This document shows positions 39,892 through 49,498 of a DNA stretch of 64,000 bases, in pieces. The notes below the pieces were generated by a model. That model worked only from the letters and a program-made list of their open reading frames with translations, was not told the origin of the DNA and did not search any database. Where the stretch lies: the NCBI GenBank assembly GCA_945883805.1, contig CAMCYE010000004.1, positions 9,917 to 73,916 of the forward strand, in the 5' to 3' direction. The position numbers and the translations under genes are program-made. This DNA is from Victivallis vadensis. GTDB taxonomy: Bacteria; Verrucomicrobiota; Lentisphaeria; Victivallales; GWF2-50-93. Within the stretch, counting starts at the first letter, position 1; each line of letters starts with the position of its first letter.

Positions 39892-41016
39892 ATGAAATCA
39901 AATTTCACAGAATTAAAAGTCCCCTCATTCCGTCCACGCCGGAATGCAATTGCATTCGGGGCCGACTCCAAAAACACTGTTTCATTTCTGGACCGAAAAA
40001 AGAAACTTGTCCATTACTCCGGAGGCAATGCCCCCCTTTCAGACCCAGAGTCCGCTGTAAAATTTGAAAAAACCGTTTCAGTGTTGCTCAAAACCGGAAA
40101 GCCTGAAATTCTCGCGGTCGACCTGCATCCGGATTACTACTCTACGGTTTACGGCGAGAAAATTGCGGGAAAGCTGGGAATCCCCCTGATGCGGGTCCAG
40201 CATCATCACGCCCACGCAGTTTCATGTATGGCAGAACACGGATTGGATGAATCCCTCGCACTGGTCTTTGACGGAACCGGTTACGGGACGGACGGGAACC
40301 TATGGGGCGCGGAACTCCTCCATGTAAGTCCAGACGGCTTCAAACGGCTTGCGAGCTTCGCAGCCACCCCCCTTCCCGGCGGCGATGTCTCTGTTCGCGA
40401 ACCCCTCCGTCAGCTTTTTGGTAGAATATTTTTTTCAAGCTGCCAGGATAAACCGGATCTGTTTAATTTCTGTAAAAGATATGATCTGAAATCCGATATA
40501 GCCGAAGTCTGGCTCCAGCAGCTTGAAAAAAATATCAACTGCCCCAGTTCCCATTCCGCAGGAAGACTTTTTGATTCAGTGTCAGCCCTCCTCGGACTCG
40601 CCCCGAAAATCGCACATGAAGCCGAAGCCGCAATCAATCTCCAGAAATCCGCAGAATCATGCAAGGACAAGCCCAATCCCTCCCTGATGCCTTTCAACTC
40701 CTTCGAAAAAGACGGCCTTCTCCTTATTGATTGGTCCCCCCTTTTTATTGACCCTGTCATAAATTTTTCCCCGAAAAATTTATTAGCGCTCTCATTCCAC
40801 CACTCCCTCGCCCAAGCCGCCCTCCAGATGGCGGAATTCGGAACTGCGAAGTTCGCAACACGCAACATCGTCCTGAGCGGCGGGGTTTTCATGAACAAAC
40901 TTCTTCTGGAGACAATGAAGTCGAAACTGGGGAAGATGAAAATCTTCTCCCACGGAAAAACTCCGACAAACGACTGCGGAATCTCAATCGGACAGGCCGT
41001 TATCGCGTCACTATAA
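39892..41016 (+). CDS. hypF: HypF carbamoyltransferase, C-terminal Kae1-like domain only
   Basis: DLHPDY, VQHHHAH, DGTGYGTDG..WGAE, SAGRLFD, LSGGVFMN, NDCGISIGQ; no acylphosphatase, Zn-finger or YrdC domains. Confidence 0.85.
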   Translation: MKSNFTELKVPSFRPRRNAIAFGADSKNTVSFLDRKKKLVHYSGGNAPLSDPESAVKFEKTVSVLLKTGKPEILAVDLHPDYYSTVYGEKIAGKLGIPLMRVQHHHAHAVSCMAEHGLDESLALVFDGTGYGTDGNLWGAELLHVSPDGFKRLASFAATPLPGGDVSVREPLRQLFGRIFFSSCQDKPDLFNFCKRYDLKSDIAEVWLQQLEKNINCPSSHSAGRLFDSVSALLGLAPKIAHEAEAAINLQKSAESCKDKPNPSLMPFNSFEKDGLLLIDWSPLFIDPVINFSPKNLLALSFHHSLAQAALQMAEFGTAKFATRNIVLSGGVFMNKLLLETMKSKLGKMKIFSHGKTPTNDCGISIGQAVIASL

Positions 41017-41171
41017 CGCTAAATTCCCCCACCGAGTCCACGAGGTTGGGAGAAATTATTTTGTCAAGAATTTATCTCTTGTCTTTATTATTTTCCCCGT
41101 CTTCCGCAAAATTCAAAGTGAAGCAGGGGCCTCGCCCATACTCCAAAGATTCGTCCGCCGCGGCGGACTCA

Positions 41172-41798
41172 TCAGGAAATCATCGAGCGCTGAAGACCGA
41201 TTACCCTGCCTTGAATTGCGACATCGCCCGGTTCGTAAACCTGGGTCTTAAAATTAGTATTCGCAGGCCTGAGTTCAATCTTACCTTCATTCGGGAAATA
41301 ACTTTTGACCGTAGTGTCGTCACCGGTGAGCGCAACCACAATATCCCCGGGGTTCACCATGGAAGTCTGCTTGACAATGATACAGTCCCCGTCGAGAATG
41401 CCCAGATCTTTCATGCTGTCGCCGTTGATCCTGAGGGCGAACAGCTTGCTTGTGTCCTCCCCTTTGAACATTGAAGAATCACAGTAGACTTCGCCCTCCT
41501 TCATTTCAGGGGAGTTAAGGGGAAGCCCGGCACTTATCCTGCCCAGGAGAGGTATGGAAAGAACAAATGATGTGTGGTGCGAGTGCTTGTTCTTCCCGAA
41601 AAGCGAGATGCTTCTCGCCTTTGAACTCCGCGTCAGGAAACCCTTATTCTGAAGCGATCTCAGATGCGCGAAAACGGTTGATGTCTTAATCCTGAAATAA
41701 TCGGCAAGCTCATAAACCGTGGGAGCCATACCCTCCGTGTTGGAGAATTTCTCGATGTAATTGAGCATACGCCGCTGTTTGTCTGTCAAACCTATCAT
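41172..41798 (-). CDS. lexA: SOS repressor LexA
   Basis: LTDKQ..PTVYEL HTH, LLGRISAG cleavage site, GDSM, TVK. Confidence 0.93.
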   Translation of the reverse strand: MIGLTDKQRRMLNYIEKFSNTEGMAPTVYELADYFRIKTSTVFAHLRSLQNKGFLTRSSKARSISLFGKNKHSHHTSFVLSIPLLGRISAGLPLNSPEMKEGEVYCDSSMFKGEDTSKLFALRINGDSMKDLGILDGDCIIVKQTSMVNPGDIVVALTGDDTTVKSYFPNEGKIELRPANTNFKTQVYEPGDVAIQGRVIGLQRSMIS

Positions 41799-41942
41799 AT
41801 TTCACCTCCATTAAAAACCTGGAAAGCCCCGAAATTTATTTAGCCTATTATATGTTAGTATCGTTATGAAAATAGTCAAGCCATATTGTTTTTCAATTGA
41901 AAAAACATGAAAATTATTTTCCCTGTTTTTTTTAATTTCCTC

Positions 41943-41971
41943 TTGCAATATCCGGGGGAAATTTGTATTAT
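41943..41971 (+). promoter_or_regulatory. Sigma-70-type promoter with no downstream ORF
   Basis: TTGCAA-17 nt-TATTAT. Confidence 0.6.
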
Positions 41972-41978
41972 AAACACC

Positions 41979-42066
41979 GAGGGCGCACGGGTCAACCTCT
42001 GAACAAATAAGTTACGAAGCTGCAAAGCTTCAATTTTAATAGTAGCGGAGTCATTCCCTGCCCCTC
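41979..42066 (+). ncRNA. Putative short 6S-like RNA
   Basis: Starts 8 nt after the -10 box; paired ends, CUCUG/CGGAG stem, 14x14-nt AU-rich bubble, GAAGCU-GCAA-AGCUUC apical hairpin. Confidence 0.45.
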
Positions 42067-42084
42067 ACTTCCCCAAAATACCAT

Positions 42085-42197
42085 GAGCCAATTTCAAAAC
42101 TACGGCTCGGACAAGCCTCGCCCTCCATTATTACGACCGTTTCGGGAGTGGAGGGTTTTGCTTGTCAAAACCGTTTCTTGAGTTTTGAAATTACCTC
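42085..42197. mobile_element. MITE-like shell carrying a GGAG-type REP pair; intergenic homolog of the insert at 24668-24800
   Basis: GAGCCAATTTCAAAACT...AGTTTTGAAATTACCTC enclosing CGGCTCGGACAAGCCTCGCCCTCCA. Confidence 0.75.
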
Positions 42198-42381
42198 CCA
42201 TGAATAAACCAGCCACTGTTTTTTCACTGACAAGAATTAAATCCCGGCTCCTTCTCAGATCGAGTGGGTAGAAAGACTGAATATCCAATATTCAATTATT
42301 TTCATATTTTGTGTGTTTACCCACTCAAAATGAAAACGAACCGCAATTCATTGCGCGTTCTTGAAGCAAGTTGGCTCTTTT

Positions 42382-42414
42382 CTTGTCCGGCGAAGCTCTA
42401 AGAGCGAAGTCGGA
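42382..42414 (+). repeat. 33-bp mini-element copy
   Basis: CTTGTCCGGCGAAGCTCTAAGAGCGAAGTCGGA. Confidence 0.6.
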
Positions 42415-42452
42415 AGACATCCAAAATGATCGGGCTGGAAAGCCCGACCTAC

Positions 42453-45400
42453 TCATCCGACTGAAACAACTTTTCCTATTCTCACAAAGGCGAGGTTCAG
42501 TCTTATCTTTTCCGCAGGCAGTTTTATCAGCAGTGACAATGCGTTCTGATAAAGTTTCAACTGGTTCGAGTGGGTCAGGACGGCTTGAACTAACTCTTCA
42601 TCCGAATTTATGCTGTCCGTCTTATAATCGAGGATTGCGGCTTCCGTAATTTCTCCGGAATCGTTTTCAATCAGTGTCACACGATCAAATTCTCCGCGTA
42701 TCAAAGTGCCGTCAATGATAAGCTCAAATCTTTTTTCACGCCATAATCCGGCGGAGGATGAAGGTTTTTCCAGCGAACTTCGCAACTCAGGATGTTTCAG
42801 TGATTTCAGGAATATGTCTTTTGCTACGGAGATTATCTTGTCCGGATAGGCGGCATTTTCCTCCCATTCGCCACAGATGGCTTCCGGTTTGACCGAATTA
42901 AACCATTCAATCTTTTCAAAAAGCTCATGCACCGCACTCCCTATCTTCGCGGCGGTGTCGCACACGTTTCCGAAAAGGGTTCCGGCAAATATCGTCCCCT
43001 CCTCGGCTCCGGAAGGCGTCACGGTTTTTAAGACATCATCAAAATCCAGCGATAATTCAATTTTATTTTCGCCACCCTCTTCCACGGGTTTCTCCCTGTC
43101 GTAACTCTCATACCATGCCGGATTCCCATTTTCGTAAAGCAGCTTCACTCCGTCCCCAGTCTCATTGTCCTCCCGCTCGGCAAGAGCTTTCAAAAGCACG
43201 TCTTCCAGATATAACGTGTCCGACTTCGTCTTTGGCGGAGGATCCGTTATCATGTATAGCGCCTCGGCGGCGCGCGTCATCGCCACATAGAGGACGCACA
43301 GATATTCATAGCAGGTGTCATCGTCAAGATCCGCCACAAGTCCGCTCAAGACGGGATCCAGCTCGGAAATCCTGCGGTTCGGCATGAACATCAGCCACTC
43401 CACCGACAGATCCCCGCCTTGCTTCGCCCTTATACCCTGTATGTCGGCACTCGTGATTCCCCTGGTCTTTATTTCCGCCAGGAAAACAATGTCGAATTCA
43501 AGACCTTTCGCCTTGTAGACGGTCATGATCTGAACCGCATCGTCAACGGTTTCACCGGGTATCGTGTAATTGTTTATGTAATCAATGAAATCCAGACAGT
43601 TCTTCTCCCCGCCCCTGTCGAAAATCTGGGCGGCTGCTATGAACTGGTCGAGCCGTCTGGCACTGAATTCGTCAAACCTACAAACTGAATGCTTTCCCTC
43701 TTCATTTGGAACAGCTCTTACGAGCTTGACTACCAACGGATTCAACTCAAATTCATTGTTCTTGTTTGTAGTTAACCCCGTAAGGGGTGTTTCCCTATGA
43801 CTTTTCGCACAGATTCCAGCAAGGCGCCGACTCCATTTCTGTATGAAATATGCAAAACCGTTCCGGTAAATATCATCGAGCACCTCTTCGGAAGTTTCAG
43901 CCTGCGATTTCAGCAGTGTGGCAAACGGAGTCATGCGCAGATGCTGCCACGCAAAACTGTCCGCAGGATGTTCTGCGAACTTCGCAAGCGAGAGGAATGC
44001 CGTCACCAGCGGATTGTCCGTCAGATGGAACTGCCCTTCAATCGCGACTTTCAATCCTTCCGCCTGCAGCAGTTCGGCTATTTCACGTCCGGTATCGTTC
44101 TTTGAAACTAGAACCGCGACAGAAAGCTTGCGCTCAAACGGGGCAATCTCTTTTATCTTGTCGGCGATGATTTTAACTTTCCGTTCAATGGAAATTTCCT
44201 TCTGCTCCCGTCCGTCACCTGCCTTCTGAAGCTGGAGAAGGGATGCATAGCCTCCGAATGCGGGACTGCCATCCTTGTTTTTCTCCTTCGCTTCATGCTC
44301 CTCCCAGTCCCAGCGCGCCCGCACAGACAGGGGCAGTTCCTCAATGCCGTTCAGGTTGGAGAAAACTTCGTTAACAGTTCCAATCACCTCCCGGCTTGAC
44401 CGGAATGATCTGCTGAGGCGTTTCAATTCTATTTCCGTATACTCTTTGTACTCCTCGTATATTGATTTGAAAAGGCTCGCCTCGCCTTCGCGCCAGCCGT
44501 AAATAGCCTGTTTCACATCGCCCACATAGAAAAAGCTCCGGTTGCCAGAATCGTCCTGGACAATCTCGTCAATCAGGTTTTTTATAATCCTCCACTGCGG
44601 AAAACTGGTGTCCTGGAACTCATCTATCAGCCAGTGGTCAAACCTGGAATCAAGACGGTAGTCAATATAGAGCCTGTCCTCCGGCCCGGAAGAATTTTCA
44701 CTCAGCACATAATGGTTCTCATCCATACCCGCGTTGGGGGAAAGTATGAACGGTATGTCCGCAAATGTCAGTTTACCGCCCTGCCGGATCATCTGATTGT
44801 AGAGTTCCTCGTAACGCCGGATAAGGCCGTAAACGCCTTTCGTCTTGTGGAGCTGGGCGCTTACCTGGCATTTCATGATGTGCCGTGCCAGCTTGAGAAG
44901 ACATGCGCACTCGTCACCTGAAAAATCGATTGGAACCCTGCTCCCGACAGTCAGCTGCGCCCCGCCCTCCTCAAGTTCAGGCAGGATCTTGAAAAGATTC
45001 TTATTGAACGCCGAATCAAAATCAAAATACGATTCCGGCATGAAAGTCCTGGCGATCCCTATGAATTCGTCGAACTTCTCCCTCTGCTTCTCGGAAAGTT
45101 TCTTCGATTCCAGGAGGGTTGTCAGCCTGTCCGACTCCTCGGCAGGATTTATTTTGCAGCTCAAGATTTCCGAACCGTCGGGCCAGATCACATCGGACTT
45201 ACCCCACTTGTCCGGATCCGGAGCGCAGAGATATCTATAATGGTATTCTTTGACAAACCCGTCAAGGATTTCAGTCAGCCTCTTCTCCTCCTTCCCGAAA
45301 GTCGCCTTCTTGAACTCCTCCACAAATTCGCTCCTGACAGCCTTGTCCGCATACTCAGTATTCCAGAGTATGTTCCTGAAAACCTTCCGTTTCGCCTGCT

Positions 45401-45827
45401 CCACAAGCGACTCATCGATGATTTCAAAATCTCCGGAGAGTCCGAACTCAAACGAGAACGTCTTTATTATCCTGACAAAAAAACTGTCCAAGGTACCGAT
45501 CGGGAGAAGGTGCAGGCTGAGCAGAAGTCTGCGGAGTATTTTCTGAAGTTCCTCCTCCGACATCTGCGGGATTCCGGATTCGAGATATTCCGGAGTTTTC
45601 ATCATCGCCGGATTCTTGATCATTGAAGATATCCGGCTGATTATCCTGTCAAAGATTTCACCGGCGGCATTACGCGTGAAAGTCATGGCGACAATAGTCT
45701 CCGGCTTGACACCGGCAGCAAGAAGTTTGAGGTAACGGTTGACGAGCTGATAGGTCTTGCCCGTCCCCGCAGAAGCCGAGATCACCTCGTTCTTGATTTT
45801 AACCGCCATGTTTCTCTTCGCGTTCAT
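42453..45827 (-). CDS. addA: UvrD-type helicase/nuclease AddA with one in-frame REP insertion
   Basis: ASAGTGKT, TFTRNAA, IDEFQD, VGDVKQAIYGWR, KAKGLEF, YVAMTRA, C-terminal DRV..DYKT nuclease. Confidence 0.9.
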   Translation of the reverse strand: MNAKRNMAVKIKNEVISASAGTGKTYQLVNRYLKLLAAGVKPETIVAMTFTRNAAGEIFDRIISRISSMIKNPAMMKTPEYLESGIPQMSEEELQKILRRLLLSLHLLPIGTLDSFFVRIIKTFSFEFGLSGDFEIIDESLVEQAKRKVFRNILWNTEYADKAVRSEFVEEFKKATFGKEEKRLTEILDGFVKEYHYRYLCAPDPDKWGKSDVIWPDGSEILSCKINPAEESDRLTTLLESKKLSEKQREKFDEFIGIARTFMPESYFDFDSAFNKNLFKILPELEEGGAQLTVGSRVPIDFSGDECACLLKLARHIMKCQVSAQLHKTKGVYGLIRRYEELYNQMIRQGGKLTFADIPFILSPNAGMDENHYVLSENSSGPEDRLYIDYRLDSRFDHWLIDEFQDTSFPQWRIIKNLIDEIVQDDSGNRSFFYVGDVKQAIYGWREGEASLFKSIYEEYKEYTEIELKRLSRSFRSSREVIGTVNEVFSNLNGIEELPLSVRARWDWEEHEAKEKNKDGSPAFGGYASLLQLQKAGDGREQKEISIERKVKIIADKIKEIAPFERKLSVAVLVSKNDTGREIAELLQAEGLKVAIEGQFHLTDNPLVTAFLSLAKFAEHPADSFAWQHLRMTPFATLLKSQAETSEEVLDDIYRNGFAYFIQKWSRRLAGICAKSHRETPLTGLTTNKNNEFELNPLVVKLVRAVPNEEGKHSVCRFDEFSARRLDQFIAAAQIFDRGGEKNCLDFIDYINNYTIPGETVDDAVQIMTVYKAKGLEFDIVFLAEIKTRGITSADIQGIRAKQGGDLSVEWLMFMPNRRISELDPVLSGLVADLDDDTCYEYLCVLYVAMTRAAEALYMITDPPPKTKSDTLYLEDVLLKALAEREDNETGDGVKLLYENGNPAWYESYDREKPVEEGGENKIELSLDFDDVLKTVTPSGAEEGTIFAGTLFGNVCDTAAKIGSAVHELFEKIEWFNSVKPEAICGEWEENAAYPDKIISVAKDIFLKSLKHPELRSSLEKPSSSAGLWREKRFELIIDGTLIRGEFDRVTLIENDSGEITEAAILDYKTDSINSDEELVQAVLTHSNQLKLYQNALSLLIKLPAEKIRLNLAFVRIGKVVSVG

Positions 45828-45864
45828 TTAAGCCTAACCGTTTCCTCTGGGAATAAATACATTT

Positions 45865-45947
45865 CTGACAGGATTTACAGGATTTCAAGGATATTTAAAA
45901 TCCAGACAATAATATTCAAATCCAGTTTATCCTGTTATCCTGTCAAT
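45865..45947. repeat. Inverted repeat pair in addB-addA spacer
   Basis: TGACAGGATTTACAGGAT ... ATCCTGTTATCCTGTCA. Confidence 0.7.
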
Positions 45948-45956
45948 AAAATACTT

Positions 45957-48900
45957 TTAATTAATCTCGTCGACTGAATCAATCGGACTGCCGAAAAACA
46001 AACCCTCGAAATCGTCGTATCTGATCTTTTCCGACGGAGGCCAGAAAATTCCATTGCGGATGCTTTCAATTACATCCACGGCGCATTTTTCAGCGTCTTT
46101 CAGATATGTTTCCCCCATGCCGTCCCAGATTTCAATTCCAGTATCCGTCACCGCCTTTGGAAGATTGAAGTATCCGCAAATGATCCTGCAACCTTTGAAA
46201 TTCCCCTCCTTTTCGAGAAGCAACTGGTACAACGGCAACTGCAAATCAACCCAGCATTTCAGCTTCCCACCCTTATCGAAAAGTGCATATTGCAGGTAGG
46301 GCGATTTCTCCGAAAGCGCCGCAGTAGCCTTGCCAAGGGAGGCCTCCTCCGCATCAGAACGGACGGCTCGGAGATCCGTCCCTACCTTGAATTGATCGTT
46401 TCTCGCATACTTCACATGGGTGTTTTCCGGAGACTCCGCCTTGTCGCTTGTCTTGTAATCTAGAATCCTGATTGTTCCGTCGATGTGCCTGTCAATCCTG
46501 TCAATCTTCCCCTTGATAGTCATTCCGCCAAGATTGACCCCTTTTCCGTCCCCGAGCTTGTATTCCGTATGCAGTATCTCCCAGCCTTCGCAATTCTGCA
46601 CAGCTTGGACTTCTGCGAATTTCGCAAGCCTCTGTTTCACGCTCTCAAGCTGGATCAGAAGGGACAGCGGCAGATTTTTCCCGAACTGCGCTTTGAGAAG
46701 CCGCTCCGACTCCACGTGCAGGAACACTTTTATTTCCTCGGAGTTGCGGCTTTTCCTCAGTTTCTCATCCTGACAGAAATTGTCCAGCGCACGATGGCAC
46801 ACGTTTCCGAAATCCATCTGGTCCATCTCAGTCTTCCTGTCGTCAACCTCCTCCATCTTCAATACCTTCTTCAGGTAGAAACGGAACGGACAGTTCAGAT
46901 AATTCTTGAAATCGGTGACAGACAGGACTTCCGGTATTTTCTCTTTTTGAGGTTTCAGTTTCCAGAGGAGTGTTCGGGCAAGCGGCTTCTGCTTCTTGTC
47001 TGTAGGAGTTCCAAACAGTTTATCAACCCTCGCAACAAGCACCTCCGGCGGACAGAGGAAAAACAAGCGTGAAGGCTTCAACGGATCCCCAGAAACATCC
47101 GTCTTACCTGCAATGCAGAAAAGCTTCCCGTTCTTCCTTGATTCGATAATGGAAGTCATGAGATAAATATCACGGGCGAAACGCCGCCTATTGCTCTTCA
47201 ACCCGAGTTTTTCCCTCGGCAGATCCGGCAGGAAAACATCACCTACAACTGAATCAGGAACATATCCCTCATTCATTCCGGCGATGACAAGAGTGTCCGC
47301 GCTTTCCCATTGCAGTTCAAGCCAGCCCTGCAACGCCAAGGCGTCCGCATCATGCTGGGGATAAATCGTCCCCTTCTTCAGGAGTGAAATGAAAAGCCTC
47401 AGTTTATCGCTGGCGCCAAGATTGAACGAATCAGCCGCAGATTCCTCCAGTTCCGAAATCATGTCGCTAACAAGTTCCGCAGAGCTGATAAACATCTGAC
47501 GGTCTTCGTCAGAATCTTTGATTTCCCGTGTCCGGTATATGTCTGAAAGAAATCCGCGCATGAATTCCGTGAAAGGTGTTTCCTTGAACCGCCGGATCAG
47601 CGCGACAACCGTGTTAACCGCAATCTTCAATTCATTTTTTTCGCTACGAAAAAAATCATCAAGTTTTTCGGGAAGATGTTCGTTCTGGTATTTGTCCAGT
47701 TCCTTCAGAAGATTCAACGGAATAAAATCCTTATTTTCAGAAGCGAGATATTTCAAAAAATCGGGATTGCGTATGAATGCGGCAAACGATTCGTAATTCT
47801 CCTTTTCTGCGAGATCCGCAAAAGTCATGATCAGGTTGAAAACAGGAGTCGTGGCGACAGATTCCCCTCCGGGATTGTAGGTTTTAACTCCGACATCCGA
47901 AAAAGCCTTTTCGACGTATGGGAAAATATTCTCGTTAAGCACGGAAACCGCAACATCTCGCGGGGATAAAGTCTTTTTCTGCTCATGTAGGATTCTTATT
48001 ATCTCATCCGCCTGAGCCTCCGGATTGCCCGCAAGCCGAATGCGATCTTCGCACTGCTCATAACGTGTCTTTTCTTCAACGGAGTGCGGGTTTTCTAACC
48101 CGCGAACTGCATTTTTCACCTCTTCAACGGAGCGCGAGTTTTCCCTGTCCTTCTCCGACTTACTCGAGTAGACTGATTCGCGAATTGGCGGGTTAGAAAA
48201 CCCGCCCTCCGTTATTTTAGAGCTCCCCCCGAATACGACTTCCGCATTCTCCCATTTCTCAGGAATCGGACGCCCCCACTCATCAAATTTCCCGCTCATG
48301 TCTTCAGGCGCGTAAACCCAAACCTCTACATTCTTTAAGCCAAGCCGACGCTTGGCGTTCCCGGGAACGCTGACCGTCTGGTCGGCTCTGTAAATTTTCT
48401 GAATGGAACTTCCACACAACAAATCCAGCTTCTTAATCGCCAGCGGCATCGGATCGCAGACACCTATCAAAATAATCCTGTCATACTTCTCAATCTCGCC
48501 TGACAAAGGTTCCGACTCAATCTCTGCGATATTCGCATCCTTTATGCCGAGTTTTCCCAGTTTCCTCAAATACGCCGACTCCAGATCCGCCAGCGCCTTC
48601 CATCTTTCAATTTCCTGAAGTCCCGCTTCCAATCCCAGCTTCGGCATGTCTTCGATTATGAATCCATTTTCCGCCAAAAGATTGCGAAGTTCGCAGAACT
48701 TCCCGGCAAGCCCCATCGCCCATCGCGCATCTTTCCTTTTCGATATCTTGAGTGCTGACAGCTTTTCCTGTCTGCATCCCGACAGAACATCAATCCAAGC
48801 GGCGATCATTTCAAAATCGGAGGCGACTTTTATTTTCGGATCTCGATTCTTTAGGAAAAAGTCAGGAGTGACGAGCCGTGGCGGGAAAATTCCGGAGTTC

Positions 48901-49079
48901 CGTTCAGCCGCATATTTTACGAGCGATTCTCCGAGCCGTCTCCCGGACTGACGTGTAGGTGTGACAAGCAGGAATCTGCTCAAATCAGGCACACCCTCCG
49001 TCCATCCAGACAGTAGCCTCTCCGTGGCAAGCGTCACCAGAGGTTCATCCCATCCAAGAAAATTTAGTTGCAAAGGCAT
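45957..49079 (-). CDS. addB: AddB-like PD-(D/E)XK nuclease subunit with three in-frame REP insertions
   Basis: PTRQSGRRL, GMNEG, LSVTDFKNYLNCPFRFY, GKIDRID, ILDYKT, LQLPLY; directly upstream of addA. Confidence 0.85.
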   Translation of the reverse strand: MPLQLNFLGWDEPLVTLATERLLSGWTEGVPDLSRFLLVTPTRQSGRRLGESLVKYAAERNSGIFPPRLVTPDFFLKNRDPKIKVASDFEMIAAWIDVLSGCRQEKLSALKISKRKDARWAMGLAGKFCELRNLLAENGFIIEDMPKLGLEAGLQEIERWKALADLESAYLRKLGKLGIKDANIAEIESEPLSGEIEKYDRIILIGVCDPMPLAIKKLDLLCGSSIQKIYRADQTVSVPGNAKRRLGLKNVEVWVYAPEDMSGKFDEWGRPIPEKWENAEVVFGGSSKITEGGFSNPPIRESVYSSKSEKDRENSRSVEEVKNAVRGLENPHSVEEKTRYEQCEDRIRLAGNPEAQADEIIRILHEQKKTLSPRDVAVSVLNENIFPYVEKAFSDVGVKTYNPGGESVATTPVFNLIMTFADLAEKENYESFAAFIRNPDFLKYLASENKDFIPLNLLKELDKYQNEHLPEKLDDFFRSEKNELKIAVNTVVALIRRFKETPFTEFMRGFLSDIYRTREIKDSDEDRQMFISSAELVSDMISELEESAADSFNLGASDKLRLFISLLKKGTIYPQHDADALALQGWLELQWESADTLVIAGMNEGYVPDSVVGDVFLPDLPREKLGLKSNRRRFARDIYLMTSIIESRKNGKLFCIAGKTDVSGDPLKPSRLFFLCPPEVLVARVDKLFGTPTDKKQKPLARTLLWKLKPQKEKIPEVLSVTDFKNYLNCPFRFYLKKVLKMEEVDDRKTEMDQMDFGNVCHRALDNFCQDEKLRKSRNSEEIKVFLHVESERLLKAQFGKNLPLSLLIQLESVKQRLAKFAEVQAVQNCEGWEILHTEYKLGDGKGVNLGGMTIKGKIDRIDRHIDGTIRILDYKTSDKAESPENTHVKYARNDQFKVGTDLRAVRSDAEEASLGKATAALSEKSPYLQYALFDKGGKLKCWVDLQLPLYQLLLEKEGNFKGCRIICGYFNLPKAVTDTGIEIWDGMGETYLKDAEKCAVDVIESIRNGIFWPPSEKIRYDDFEGLFFGSPIDSVDEIN

Positions 49080-49261
49080 TCTATTGATTCCAATTGTCTT
49101 TAAGTAACTCGGGCAATCATCCCGAGAGTATTAAGGGGATATCCTGAGATTCTGTATACTTACTTATACCTTAGTCTCATTCAATTCAGAATCAAAGGCG
49201 GGTTATGCTGTAATATTCCATTGGCTGGTAATGTTAACTTCTCGTTTTCTTAAACGCATTT

Positions 49262-49295
49262 CCTGCCACGAGCGTAGCTTCTTAGCGAAGACGGG
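49262..49295 (+). repeat. 33/34-bp mini-element copy
   Basis: CCTGCCACGAGCGTAGCTTCTTAGCGAAGACGGG. Confidence 0.6.
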
Positions 49296-49411
49296 TTTGC
49301 CATCATTTTATGCGTCTAAGGCCTATTTTTACGGCTCGTTATCGCCCATCAGCTCCAAGCAATATCTTAAGTGCTAACGACATCGCTCTCCCGCTCTCCT
49401 TGTTTTGATGC

Positions 49412-49498
49412 GAAGCGTCTTTCGGAGTGCGCAGGTTTACCCGCCTTTGGCGACGCCGTAGGCGGGTAAACCTACGCACACACTCCAAAGATTGCTTT
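49412..49498. repeat. Nested palindrome: GGAGTGCG..CACTCC host with symmetric GTTTACCCGCC..GGCGGGTAAAC insert (49435-49471)
   Basis: Long imperfect inverted repeat read directly. Confidence 0.75.

Noticed and set aside
41887-41907. TGTTTTTCAATTGAAAAAACA palindrome as the LexA box
   Set aside because: AT-rich, and I found no second copy at addAB or elsewhere in the window
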